Made by a program: the position numbers and the translations under genes
Virus record (IMG/VR): IMGVR_UViG_3300044957_000619
Source: a virus
Length of the DNA: 64,000 bases
Reading direction: 5' to 3' (one strand)
Notes under the pieces: model-generated
Told to the model about the DNA's origin: nothing
What the model saw: only the letters and a program-made list of their open reading frames with translations
Database searches by the model: none
Part shown: piece after piece, positions 1 through 10,200 of the stretch
Position numbering within the stretch: position 1 is the stretch's first letter
Layout: each line of letters starts with the position of its first letter

Positions 1-300
1 TGACATACTACCTATTTGTGAATTTCCAGCTGATTTACCATGAACTATATTATTTATTTCGCCGAGACCTAACTGTTTGCCTCGAATTACTACTTGATAT
101 GCAATTCCTTTATACTTCGCTGCAACAGCTCGTACATCTTTAGGTGCTTTTCTTAAAATAGTGGTTCTACGTCTTGCAACTTTAGCTGCAGGCTCATCAT
201 CTTCGAATAAACTACGCTTAATAATCGATTCCAATAAAGCATCTTTTTGTTTGCGTTCAAATATTATTTTTCGTATAATATTTTCTATTTGATTATGCAT
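1..300 (-). CDS. Hypothetical protein, truncated by the window edge; probable head-packaged protein
   Basis: ATG at 300 opens MHNQIENIIRKIIFERKQKDALLESIIKRSLFE..., open to position 1; N-terminal I/L-x-E motifs. Confidence 0.7.
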   Translation of the reverse strand, partial: MHNQIENIIRKIIFERKQKDALLESIIKRSLFEDDEPAAKVARRRTTILRKAPKDVRAVAAKYKGIAYQVVIRGKQLGLGEINNIVHGKSAGNSQIGSMS

Positions 301-319
301 TTATATCCTTTTTTTATAA

Positions 320-862
320 TTACCAATCAATCATTACTAGTTTACCATTCCATATCATGACATTATCGGTTTTAAAATCTAAATCTAAATCTAAATCTAA
401 AATTCCTGTTTTTTGTATATCACGCTGTAACGCTCGTAAAAAATTAACTAGTTGCATGTTTATATCGCGACCGCCATCTGCATCTAAATAATCAAATATA
501 GATACTTCTCCACCCTGATCTTGTGCATACGTTTTATATTTTAAAATAAATTGATCAATGTTTATTTTTTGCTTACTAGATAAATCATCCGCCTTTGCCA
601 TAATATACATGTTTCGTCCATCAACATAATATACCGGAATAAATGTTGTAAACTCTGTAGTGCGACCAACAACGGTTTCTGCAACTCGATACTCTTCTGT
701 TTCTGTTGTTATTTTAAACAATTTATCTTCTCCTGCAATTTCATAGACTCGGCCGTTATCTCCTTGTCCAAACAATGAAAATTGTTTTTTACGAATTTTT
801 TCTAAGATGCGTTTTACATCATCTTCACTCATTTCTCGCATTAAAGTTTTTAATCGTATCAT
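320..862 (-). CDS. Protein kinase-like fold protein with a short C-lobe
   Basis: Gly loop FGQGDNGRVY, Lys in LFKIT, catalytic loop DFKTDN and IDW; likely start is MIRLKTLMRE at 862. Confidence 0.7.
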   Translation of the reverse strand: MIRLKTLMREMSEDDVKRILEKIRKKQFSLFGQGDNGRVYEIAGEDKLFKITTETEEYRVAETVVGRTTEFTTFIPVYYVDGRNMYIMAKADDLSSKQKINIDQFILKYKTYAQDQGGEVSIFDYLDADGGRDINMQLVNFLRALQRDIQKTGILDLDLDLDFKTDNVMIWNGKLVMIDW

Positions 863-863
863 A

Positions 864-2444
864 TTATCCTTTAGGTAATATATTTGCATCTAAATCTAAA
901 CGTATTAAAAAATTCATATCAACATCACTACGTTTTCGTATAGGCTGTGCTAATTTTGCAATTGCTAACATTTGACCAGCATCATTATATAAACCTATAG
1001 TTGTAATATAAGGAGAAAATGTACTACTAGAAACAAATGATCGATATGTTGAATCATCATCAGCCGTTAATGTTATATTAGTAGACATATTAAAATCTCC
1101 AGCATCTAATTTTGTAACTACATTTAATTCATTAATAGTTACAGTACTTCGATATGATGCAGTAAAAGGTGTTTTTAATAAATCATTAATACGATAATCT
1201 GCAGATGAAAATACAACAATTCCATGTTTCCCAAAAACATTTCCAACATATTGTGTTTGTAATGCAGTACCACCCTCATTACGGTTAGATAACGCACTTA
1301 TCTGCGACCCGGATAGTGAGGTATTAAAGATTCTTATTTCATCTAGATAACCTTGTAGATTTGAGCTATTGGGGCTAAAACCACCAATTTTTAAAGTATC
1401 TAAATTATCTACACGAGCAGATGCAGTAAAAGGAGAGTTATATACACCTAATAATGTATTAGATGCCGACGAATGTAATGTACCATTAACATACATTTGT
1501 AAAGAACTTCCAGATTTTTGACAAACTACATGTGTCCAACTTGAAGTTACTACTGTAGATGATGTAATAAAAGTTTTAAATGATGTACTTCCTTGTGCCG
1601 TAAATATGATTTGATTGCTACCACTTAATTCAATACGAAATGGAAATGTTGGCGTTATACTTTGTGATGCTTTTGTTGCAATCAATTGATTAGTAGATGT
1701 AGAATTTGCACCACTAATAAAAAATGAAATTGCATAATCATGATCGCGATCATATAAACCTGGCAATTGCGATTCAATATAACCCGATCCGGAAAAATAT
1801 GCAGCTAAACCTAAAGCACGTTGTTGACCGGTTGTAGTTGTAATACCCGGAACATATGTTACGCCGGAACTAATATATGATATACGATTAGTATCAAAAT
1901 ATTCATTAAATCCTTCATACCATTTAACATTTGGTACTATTAAATTAGTATTAAATGCAGCATCTATAATATTACCGTATCTATCACTAGAATATGATCC
2001 AGATACTGATGATGTAAACGAAAATGATGCTGGTTTTATTCCTTCGCCAATTCGTATTTGTGGGATCGATAAAATTGATGCCGATTCAAATAATGTTTTC
2101 TTTGTTTGATTTAAATTAGTAGGACCATATGTCTTTGCAGGTTCAAATTTATTTTTATAATATAAATGATTTACTGAAAAATAAGTAACACTTTGCAAAG
2201 AACTATCTACATTTTTTGCATCATTGTATGTTAATTCACTACCCAATGCTGGTAATGTATTAACGTCTGTATAAAATCCGTTTAACGGTAACGCACTAGA
2301 TGTAGCACTACCTGAATAGATAGTCCAAGATTTATAAGAAGGAAATGGATTCACCGTTACATCAGATATATCAATCTTTTTGAATACAGATGGATATATT
2401 CCTTTGTATGCGTCTTCTTGTTCTTGTATTTTTGATTGTGCCAT
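864..2444 (-). CDS. Virion structural protein with LamG/concanavalin-like domain
   Basis: WTHVV...MYVNG...LKIGG...GYLDEIRIFN LamG signature; C-terminal YITTIGLYND..LAIAKL motif shared with the adjacent gene. Confidence 0.8.
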   Translation of the reverse strand: MAQSKIQEQEDAYKGIYPSVFKKIDISDVTVNPFPSYKSWTIYSGSATSSALPLNGFYTDVNTLPALGSELTYNDAKNVDSSLQSVTYFSVNHLYYKNKFEPAKTYGPTNLNQTKKTLFESASILSIPQIRIGEGIKPASFSFTSSVSGSYSSDRYGNIIDAAFNTNLIVPNVKWYEGFNEYFDTNRISYISSGVTYVPGITTTTGQQRALGLAAYFSGSGYIESQLPGLYDRDHDYAISFFISGANSTSTNQLIATKASQSITPTFPFRIELSGSNQIIFTAQGSTSFKTFITSSTVVTSSWTHVVCQKSGSSLQMYVNGTLHSSASNTLLGVYNSPFTASARVDNLDTLKIGGFSPNSSNLQGYLDEIRIFNTSLSGSQISALSNRNEGGTALQTQYVGNVFGKHGIVVFSSADYRINDLLKTPFTASYRSTVTINELNVVTKLDAGDFNMSTNITLTADDDSTYRSFVSSSTFSPYITTIGLYNDAGQMLAIAKLAQPIRKRSDVDMNFLIRLDLDANILPKG

Positions 2445-2503
2445 ATAGTAAAAACCCTGCTACATTTAATATAAATATAACAGGGCTTAAATCAGTGTTG
2501 ATT

Positions 2504-3796
2504 TTAAAAATCTAATTTAACTCGTATAAGAGCTTCTCGTTGAAATGATTTTAATAATGGTTTAGAAAGTTTTGCTACTGCTAACAATTCTTGATTATCA
2601 TTATAAAGTCCGACTGTTGTAATATATGTCTTAGGATCGCCGATAAATGTTGATTGTGCAATTTGTCCTACACTACCAGTTACGTACGAAGGATTGTTTG
2701 AAAAATTATATTCTGCATTCTTAATTCTTACAAAATAATGTGTACTAGTTACTTTTTCTGAATTTCTTGCAATAAATCCGTATGGATCTGATGTAGTAGG
2801 ATCAGTAAATAACGCAGATCCAGAAATAGAATGATATAATACAAAATGATTATTTCCTTCTGAACTAGAACCTGTATTTGTTGCAAAGCCTAATTTTTGA
2901 TCAAGCATTTTGCCGTCTAAAATTAACGTGCCATAATCAGGATATGCTAATCCGTAATATACTGGCGCCGTTGAATTAAAAACGCCCGAGTTAATTGAAC
3001 CAGAAACAATGTTATAAACTTTACCAGAATCTCCAATTTTAGCAGATGCTAATGAAGAATCATCAATTAATTGAATAATTGCTCCAGAGCCCGTAACTAC
3101 AGAACCTGTTGCATTAGTTGCACGAGATAAAATTGGCACTAAAGGAATTTCCCAATTTCCCGCATCTAACCGTTCTTTCATTCGATTACGTTTAAAATTA
3201 ACAACATAAATGTAATCCGTGCTACCAGATCCGGCAGTCGTAAAACGAGTATCGGTAGGAGATAATAAAAGCTGGCGGTACTGTGAATAAACTGCTTTGC
3301 TAGGAGAATCATTGAGTTGTCCTTGTGAATCTGATCCACTACCTAATGCATGACCAAATGCTAATGCAAATTGTACTGCAGCGCCATCGGCAGTTGGAGT
3401 GTCTTGATATACATCTACATAATAACGACGTTGTGTTGTAGTTTGTGTAGATGCAGTAAAATATGTAGTTAAACTTGCCAAGTTATCACTCCACATACCA
3501 GCAGTTACTGTTTCAATTTGATTTGCAACAATATCATTAACAGAATCAAACTTAGTATATGTTCTGCCATTACGAGCTAATAACTGCGTTTGCGTTTGTT
3601 CAGCTACAATTTGATTTGCTAGCTGTTGTGCTAATTGTCGTACTTGTTCATTTACTCCATTATTTGCAGTTGACAATACTTGATTTTCATTTTGCAATCT
3701 TTGAATTGTTTGATTAGTTGCTTGAGTTGGACGAATAGGTACGCCACCAATTCTAGGTTGTTGTTTTAATCGTGCAATGAATTCGTTCATTTTCAT
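2504..3796 (-). CDS. Virion (tail/baseplate) structural protein
   Basis: C-terminal YITTVGLYNDNQELLAVAKLSKPL motif paralogous to 864-2444; located in the structural cluster. Confidence 0.7.
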   Translation of the reverse strand: MKMNEFIARLKQQPRIGGVPIRPTQATNQTIQRLQNENQVLSTANNGVNEQVRQLAQQLANQIVAEQTQTQLLARNGRTYTKFDSVNDIVANQIETVTAGMWSDNLASLTTYFTASTQTTTQRRYYVDVYQDTPTADGAAVQFALAFGHALGSGSDSQGQLNDSPSKAVYSQYRQLLLSPTDTRFTTAGSGSTDYIYVVNFKRNRMKERLDAGNWEIPLVPILSRATNATGSVVTGSGAIIQLIDDSSLASAKIGDSGKVYNIVSGSINSGVFNSTAPVYYGLAYPDYGTLILDGKMLDQKLGFATNTGSSSEGNNHFVLYHSISGSALFTDPTTSDPYGFIARNSEKVTSTHYFVRIKNAEYNFSNNPSYVTGSVGQIAQSTFIGDPKTYITTVGLYNDNQELLAVAKLSKPLLKSFQREALIRVKLDF

Positions 3797-3808
3797 ATTA
3801 TTTCCATT

Positions 3809-4459
3809 TTATAATGTTGCGGTAGTTGCTTTTTTAACAGTTAAATTAACAGTAACACTTCCGCCAGTTTCATTTGCAATTATTGTAATCGTTGCAGTTT
3901 TATCTTCAATTAATTGTGTTTTAGCAACAATACGGAATTCAAATCCTGCTACTGCAACACTTTGTGCGTCTTCATTATCTCCAATGAAACGCGGCGTAGT
4001 CGGAAGTACTGAATTTTGTAATGCTCTTGTTACTTGAATATCAGCTACGGTAGAATCTGATAATATTGCTGTATATCCTAATGTAGCATTACCTCCTCTA
4101 AAGTTGCTTGTATTAGGTGCAATAATTGTAGAATCGCCAGGAGCAGATAATGTAATTGCGGTATTACCAACCGTAACAACCGGTATATTAGTTGTTTGTT
4201 TTGGTAATGTAACTAATTTATATTTCAATGCTTGCGTTTCATCAGGAATAGCTTCTGTTATCGGCATATTTTCAATGATAGTTCCATAATATGCAGTTCC
4301 TAACGGATGATCCGGATTCCATAATGAATAATCAATTTCATCATCACCTACTGCAAATTGCGTAATATTAAAAGCATTTCCGCCTTTTGCTAAAAGTTCT
4401 CGTCCTTTTAACGTTAAAATTGCGTCGACTGTAACGCTTGAATTATCTAAATATCCCAT
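3809..4459 (-). CDS. Virion structural protein
   Basis: MGYLDNSSVTVDAILTLKGRELLA...ITQFAVGDDEIDY N-terminus resembles large-phage tail/baseplate proteins; late motif upstream. Confidence 0.65.
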   Translation of the reverse strand: MGYLDNSSVTVDAILTLKGRELLAKGGNAFNITQFAVGDDEIDYSLWNPDHPLGTAYYGTIIENMPITEAIPDETQALKYKLVTLPKQTTNIPVVTVGNTAITLSAPGDSTIIAPNTSNFRGGNATLGYTAILSDSTVADIQVTRALQNSVLPTTPRFIGDNEDAQSVAVAGFEFRIVAKTQLIEDKTATITIIANETGGSVTVNLTVKKATTATL

Positions 4460-4507
4460 ATGTTTTTACCTTATTTTATATAAATATACGTGTTATAGTT
4501 TTTATGG

Positions 4508-7500
4508 TTAAACTAATCTGAAACTTCCCTGCGTATTATCTTGACTTTGATATATCAATTGATTTGGATTTGCTGTTTTAAATTCAACTACCGGGCCACC
4601 GTCTACAGTTTGTGTTGAATTAATGTTAAAATCAGGCGAAGACATCTTAGCACCAGAATATCTTTGATTTTCAACGCTACGTGGCAAATAATCTTGAAAT
4701 TCTGCAAAACTGCCCGTAAATCTACGTTCAACATTTATGCCATAACTTGAAGCACCATATGTACCCAATCCATATGAACCAATTGGACCGGAACTAGTAA
4801 TTGGAGATACGCTTGACGAAATATATCGAAGTTCTGATAATATACTACTAGTATATGTAGGTAATAATACATCACTTAACCAATATGGAGTAGAAGCTGT
4901 TATATAACTACTACCAGATTTTACTAAATATTCATATGAATATGTAATACCATTATATTTTTTAGCAGACGAGGCAGTTAAAAATATTTGCCACTGATCA
5001 TCATCTTGTGCAGTAAGATTTAATACTTTAACATCAGTTTCGCCTATATATTGTGGATAATCTCCCGACGCTGTAATAGCTGAATTTTCTATCAACGCAT
5101 TATAGCTATTATCAAACCTAACAACAGTTGGTAATATTTTATCCTTGCTTCGTTCTAATATGTTTGGTTGTACTAGAATACCCGTTAATTTATTAGTTCG
5201 GGCAGGTAATAATTGATCTAATTGTCGAAAAAATGATAAATCGAACAACGTAAACATATTAATGTATGCATTGATATCATTCTTATCTGAATATTTTTTC
5301 CAATATGTTTGTGTAGCTTGAATTAGTTTTGGATATGATTTTGAATCTGTTTCGCCAGGATCGCCAATATATTGATCCAAATTTGTAAATCCTAGTTGTG
5401 CAATAATATCTTCATCAATCATTGATTGTGGCGAAAAATATATTCCTAATTTTTTACTATCTAACGGAGCTTTATCAAATTGACTTCGTTCTGCTCTAGT
5501 TTTTAAATCTAATTTACCAATCAATTCATTTTGTTCAATTCGAATTTTATTATCGTCATATGTTCCTGCACCTAATGATGGCGCATCATAATATTGCGTT
5601 TCTTCATATGAATCATACGGAGTATTAATAGACCAACCTGCAAATGATGCTGAAATATTTGATGGTTTAGGTTGAATACCCGATAAACTACTAGTAGTAG
5701 TATGATTAATTTTTTGATTAAGTGGTAATCTAAATATTAATTCGTTATATGCATCAGAATTAGCATTATATGACCCTGCAGCTTTTACGTGATTGTTAAA
5801 TATAGAATCATTTAATGAAGATGACCATAATCTAAATTCTTGCAGTTGTCCAATAAATCGATTTGCACCAATAGATGTACTACCTAATACAATAGATCCA
5901 CTACTATCAAAACTTGCAGTTGCAGATGCAGAAACTGCTGCAACAATTTTACCATATTTTGATTTTTTAGTAACTAAATCTAAATTAGTACCGTTTGTTT
6001 TTAACATGGTAGTTAACCATTCATCATTATATAATTCTATTAATCCAGATGATGTTCCGTTAATTTGCATTACACCTTTGTTGCCACTATTAAATTCTAA
6101 TGTTACAGCATTAGAACCTATATTAAATAGATTCATAGTAGTTGGTATCAAAGGATTAGTTTCTATATTATCTGGCCTAAAACGAAGTTCTACGGTGTTG
6201 ATAGATTGTGAATAATTTATAGTAACAGTACCTGCAGCGCTGCCAATTAAATCTAATGCATAATCAAAATTATATTTTTCATATACTGGAGCTCTATCTA
6301 ATCTTGGGCCGCCATATTCATTAATACTTATAATTGATTGTGGGATTCCGTAACATGCTAGTAATGCCTGTACACTACGTTTAGTTCCTTTTGATTTTAA
6401 TAGTAATGGCAAATTATTAACAATACGCCTCCAAATTGCATATGTAGTATCCTGTCCAGATACAGCTGGGTCACCAACACTATTCGAACCGGTTAACGGA
6501 ATACCTGATGCGTTAGTTCCTAATACATATTCCCATAATTCTTGATTTTGTTTACCATTTGTTAACGTCCATCCAAATTGTTTTGCCACAGAATATAGTA
6601 ATTCATTTGGCATACCTAATTTATGATTTTCTTCACGCTTATGAATTAATGATGCATGATGTACATATGTATATAAAATATCATAATGTTGACCCAACAT
6701 ATGTACAAATGTAGTGAAATTTGTATTTGATGTATCTAATGTAAGGAATTCCGGTATCGTATATATTAATGCGTTTATATTATTCGAATCATATAATGAG
6801 GCAGTTTGAATTAAATTATTATACCAAGATTTAAATGCTGAACTAGTTGTAGATGTTAAAGCATATGGTTTAGTACTATTAGTTTTAGGAACAGGCTGAA
6901 TATAACTGCTAGTAAATTCTGCTACATTAAATGTTTCTTTTGGTATATCATATGTAGTTAATTTTGATGAAGATTCATAATATAAATATTTTTCAAAATT
7001 ATCAAATCCGCTAACCAAGTTAGTTTTTAATATTGTAAAATCTTGAGCATTAGTTGTAGCAACGCTACCTGATAATGTAGCTATAACTAAACTTTGACTA
7101 TTATAATATTCTAATAATTCTAACTTATATTTAAAATTTTGTAATCGTTCCTGCGCAGAACTATAAAATATAAAGTTATTAAAATCAGAATAATCAATAT
7201 TTAATTTCATTCCAGAAAGACTTCCAGAAAAATAATTATCGACCAATTGTTGTGATGTTTGAGTTGTAGAACTCAATAAATCTGTCCAAGTTTTTAGACT
7301 AGTTTCAGTTGATGTATTAACAATTGCATTTGCTTGCCAATTTGGATTTGCTAATGATTTAAATGTACGTAACGAAACTTTAGATGCAATATTGACAGTA
7401 TCAATATATGTAGGTTTTTGTTCTTCTACGACCCAACATTTAAAGTCTACTGCGATATCTTGCGGCAATGGTTCATAGAGTTTAACATAAAGATATTCGC

Positions 7501-8089
7501 CAATTACAACGCTATTAACAAATAATACGCATTGGTTTCTACTAAAGTTTAATAAATACGTTTTAAATATTTCAGACCCAGTTTGGTCAACAGTCTGTAT
7601 GTAGTTTGTAATTTGACGTAAAAATTCTGGATCTTCATCATCTATTGCGCGCAATCTAATTTCAGTTCGATCAGGCGAAATTTCGTCAATTCGTAAATGT
7701 TGTCGTTCGTAACTACCAATTAAATTATTAAAAAAATTAATAGCAAATCTAAAATTTCCTGATGTTAATTTTAACTTATTAAATTCAGAAAAAATATCAA
7801 TTGCAATTGGATTATTAATTGGAATTATTTTATTTGTTGTTTTATCAATATATTGCGGTACTTTTCTTTGCAATTGAATTTTATGATTTCCCGTAATCCA
7901 AGCATCATCAACATATACGTGAAATTCTATTCTAGAATCATTTGTAGAATTGATAATATCATTATTAAAAAATATGGGTTGTTGAGTTGAATATGTTACA
8001 ACATCTAGCTTAGTACGATCAATACGTTCTGCAGATATTGATTTTGTAGTAGATTTAATATCTGTAATATTTTTATATTGATTAAGCAT
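4508..8089 (-). CDS. Large baseplate-associated structural protein
   Basis: 1193 aa; LLKSKGTKRSVQALLACYG baseplate-type motif followed by a LamG-like region. Confidence 0.65.
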   Translation of the reverse strand: MLNQYKNITDIKSTTKSISAERIDRTKLDVVTYSTQQPIFFNNDIINSTNDSRIEFHVYVDDAWITGNHKIQLQRKVPQYIDKTTNKIIPINNPIAIDIFSEFNKLKLTSGNFRFAINFFNNLIGSYERQHLRIDEISPDRTEIRLRAIDDEDPEFLRQITNYIQTVDQTGSEIFKTYLLNFSRNQCVLFVNSVVIGEYLYVKLYEPLPQDIAVDFKCWVVEEQKPTYIDTVNIASKVSLRTFKSLANPNWQANAIVNTSTETSLKTWTDLLSSTTQTSQQLVDNYFSGSLSGMKLNIDYSDFNNFIFYSSAQERLQNFKYKLELLEYYNSQSLVIATLSGSVATTNAQDFTILKTNLVSGFDNFEKYLYYESSSKLTTYDIPKETFNVAEFTSSYIQPVPKTNSTKPYALTSTTSSAFKSWYNNLIQTASLYDSNNINALIYTIPEFLTLDTSNTNFTTFVHMLGQHYDILYTYVHHASLIHKREENHKLGMPNELLYSVAKQFGWTLTNGKQNQELWEYVLGTNASGIPLTGSNSVGDPAVSGQDTTYAIWRRIVNNLPLLLKSKGTKRSVQALLACYGIPQSIISINEYGGPRLDRAPVYEKYNFDYALDLIGSAAGTVTINYSQSINTVELRFRPDNIETNPLIPTTMNLFNIGSNAVTLEFNSGNKGVMQINGTSSGLIELYNDEWLTTMLKTNGTNLDLVTKKSKYGKIVAAVSASATASFDSSGSIVLGSTSIGANRFIGQLQEFRLWSSSLNDSIFNNHVKAAGSYNANSDAYNELIFRLPLNQKINHTTTSSLSGIQPKPSNISASFAGWSINTPYDSYEETQYYDAPSLGAGTYDDNKIRIEQNELIGKLDLKTRAERSQFDKAPLDSKKLGIYFSPQSMIDEDIIAQLGFTNLDQYIGDPGETDSKSYPKLIQATQTYWKKYSDKNDINAYINMFTLFDLSFFRQLDQLLPARTNKLTGILVQPNILERSKDKILPTVVRFDNSYNALIENSAITASGDYPQYIGETDVKVLNLTAQDDDQWQIFLTASSAKKYNGITYSYEYLVKSGSSYITASTPYWLSDVLLPTYTSSILSELRYISSSVSPITSSGPIGSYGLGTYGASSYGINVERRFTGSFAEFQDYLPRSVENQRYSGAKMSSPDFNINSTQTVDGGPVVEFKTANPNQLIYQSQDNTQGSFRLV

Positions 8090-9013
8090 TTATCTCCTAA
8101 TTCCGCTTCTCGTGTCAATTTCTTGATTTTCTATCTCTGCTTGACGAATTTCTTGATTCCAAAGATCTACGTTTTTATTCGCATTTGATATAACCCAATA
8201 CGATTGTAGTGCATTGATTGTATGAAATTGAGTATCATTATTTTGTCCCGCTTTAGCTCCAATTCCAAATCTATCTCCAATTTCAAATTCTGAATTTGGA
8301 ATAACAATATCAACTTCTAAATCTTGAACTTCATATTGATTAATCGATCCTGGTATCGTTGGTCTAAATTCTGATGTATTTTCAAATGTACGATATTCTC
8401 TATCTAAACCTTGTTCGCTTGATTTAATTATAGAAAAGAAAGCAGTTCCAAATCCAGATGGCGCATCATATCGATGTTGTAATTTAATTCTAAAACGCAA
8501 ATCTACACCCGAATTTTTTAAATCTTTTGATATTGTATATGTATTCACATATTGTTGTGATAACCCATCTTGTACATCATCCATTAATATGCCAGAATAT
8601 ATATCTGCAGCTATAATTTTTCGATCTTCACTAGGACGATATCTTGCAAATACTAGGTCTTGTGATTCCAGTTGTAAATCTAAATCTAAATCAATTGGTT
8701 GATTGTCAAATTTAATGCTAACAGGAAAATTATAGTATGTAAATTGAGTATCTAAAACACGTAACATTGATTTTGTAGTAATTTGATTAACTGCTGTTTC
8801 TATAATTAATAATGAATTCGTATCAATTCCTTCCTGTAACGCAATATTACCATTTTCAGATCTAGGAATAATATTTTCATTATTTGAAACATGCGTTAAT
8901 CCTAAGCGTTGATATTTCGCTTGCAATTCAACTGATATCGAATCTTTAATTTTAGACGCTGTTTGTTTAACTAAATTTCCAACGTTTGCTAATCTATCAT
9001 TTACATTAACCAT
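8090..9013 (-). CDS. Hypothetical structural protein
   Basis: 307 aa ORF within the structural operon. Confidence 0.6.
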   Translation of the reverse strand: MVNVNDRLANVGNLVKQTASKIKDSISVELQAKYQRLGLTHVSNNENIIPRSENGNIALQEGIDTNSLLIIETAVNQITTKSMLRVLDTQFTYYNFPVSIKFDNQPIDLDLDLQLESQDLVFARYRPSEDRKIIAADIYSGILMDDVQDGLSQQYVNTYTISKDLKNSGVDLRFRIKLQHRYDAPSGFGTAFFSIIKSSEQGLDREYRTFENTSEFRPTIPGSINQYEVQDLEVDIVIPNSEFEIGDRFGIGAKAGQNNDTQFHTINALQSYWVISNANKNVDLWNQEIRQAEIENQEIDTRSGIRR

Positions 9014-9020
9014 TATTCAC

Positions 9021-10199
9021 TTACCTAACTACTTTAAAATAAATTTGGTCGTCGACGTACTGTTCCATAAATCCATCTACTATCTTAAGATTTAAACGAT
9101 AATTGCGTTCTGGCATAAATCCGTTCATATCTAAGTAAATAAAATTACTAGTACTATCACAACTTACTTTAGTATAAATATCATCAAACGGAATAATGAC
9201 CTCGTCAGTAGCAGCATCCGAAATTGAATAATATGTAGTAGTTGGTAAATGTTTAACTGTTTGTATTGGAAATAAATTTGTCGGTGATTTTCTAGGATAT
9301 TTATCTCGACTATAAATTCTTATCTTTGCAATTTCAGTATCTTTATATGTTGGTTTAATATTTGTATAAACCGTATATGATTCAGAATTAATGTTATCTA
9401 AAGATCCAGTAATAAAATTACTATCATCCCAATACATAACTAATCTAGGAACATATATAGTATGTGTTTCTCTACTAAAAAATCTTACATACCCTGCAAC
9501 ATTACTATTTGTTTCATCAGCATCAGAAAATTTTAATAAGAATCCATTATTCGAAATAGTATTGCCACCACTTCCACTTTTCCAAAGTAAAATAGCTTCA
9601 GTGACATCCATATTAATATCTGTAGGTCGATAAGAAAATCCTTCAGCTTCTTGCAAACCTGGTTGATAGAAAAATGCTTGATTAAAAAATGATGCATTAA
9701 AAACACCCGAGCTAGATTGAAATAACCAACTGCCACCTTTACCTGATCCGGTGGCATATAAATTTGTTCCATTTATTTGTATGTTACTTCCAGAAATCCA
9801 ACCAGTGCCAGTATATGGATAAAAAGACCACGTTGCTTGAGGTATCGCCCAACTTGCTCCATCTTGAGTTGCAGTTGTAGCTGATAAAAAACCTGTGCCA
9901 TTTGTCCATGGTTGCGCAACTATTTTAGCATCGATACTATATTCAGCAGGTAAATTTTTTGCGTGAGTTGTAAATAATTGCAACATAAATTTACAATCAT
10001 TAATGCTAACTGAATATTTTGCTAATACTGAATTAATTTCATTTAAATCGAATTTAACTAATGCTCTAGATTTTAAATAAGTAGATCCATCTGTATTTAA
10101 GCGTTTGCCTATTTCTAAAATTTCATCAAGCCCAGTATTATAATATTCAGCCGATTCATATAATGTTGCATCTTTTTCTGCATAAAATATTCTGAACAT
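9021..10199 (-). CDS. Structural protein, DNRLRE-like beta-sandwich
   Basis: KDATLYE..NTG.DEILEIGK...RALVKFD...GFLLK...FFSRE...PRL pattern. Confidence 0.6.
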   Translation of the reverse strand: MFRIFYAEKDATLYESAEYYNTGLDEILEIGKRLNTDGSTYLKSRALVKFDLNEINSVLAKYSVSINDCKFMLQLFTTHAKNLPAEYSIDAKIVAQPWTNGTGFLSATTATQDGASWAIPQATWSFYPYTGTGWISGSNIQINGTNLYATGSGKGGSWLFQSSSGVFNASFFNQAFFYQPGLQEAEGFSYRPTDINMDVTEAILLWKSGSGGNTISNNGFLLKFSDADETNSNVAGYVRFFSRETHTIYVPRLVMYWDDSNFITGSLDNINSESYTVYTNIKPTYKDTEIAKIRIYSRDKYPRKSPTNLFPIQTVKHLPTTTYYSISDAATDEVIIPFDDIYTKVSCDSTSNFIYLDMNGFMPERNYRLNLKIVDGFMEQYVDDQIYFKVVR

Positions 10200-10200
10200 A

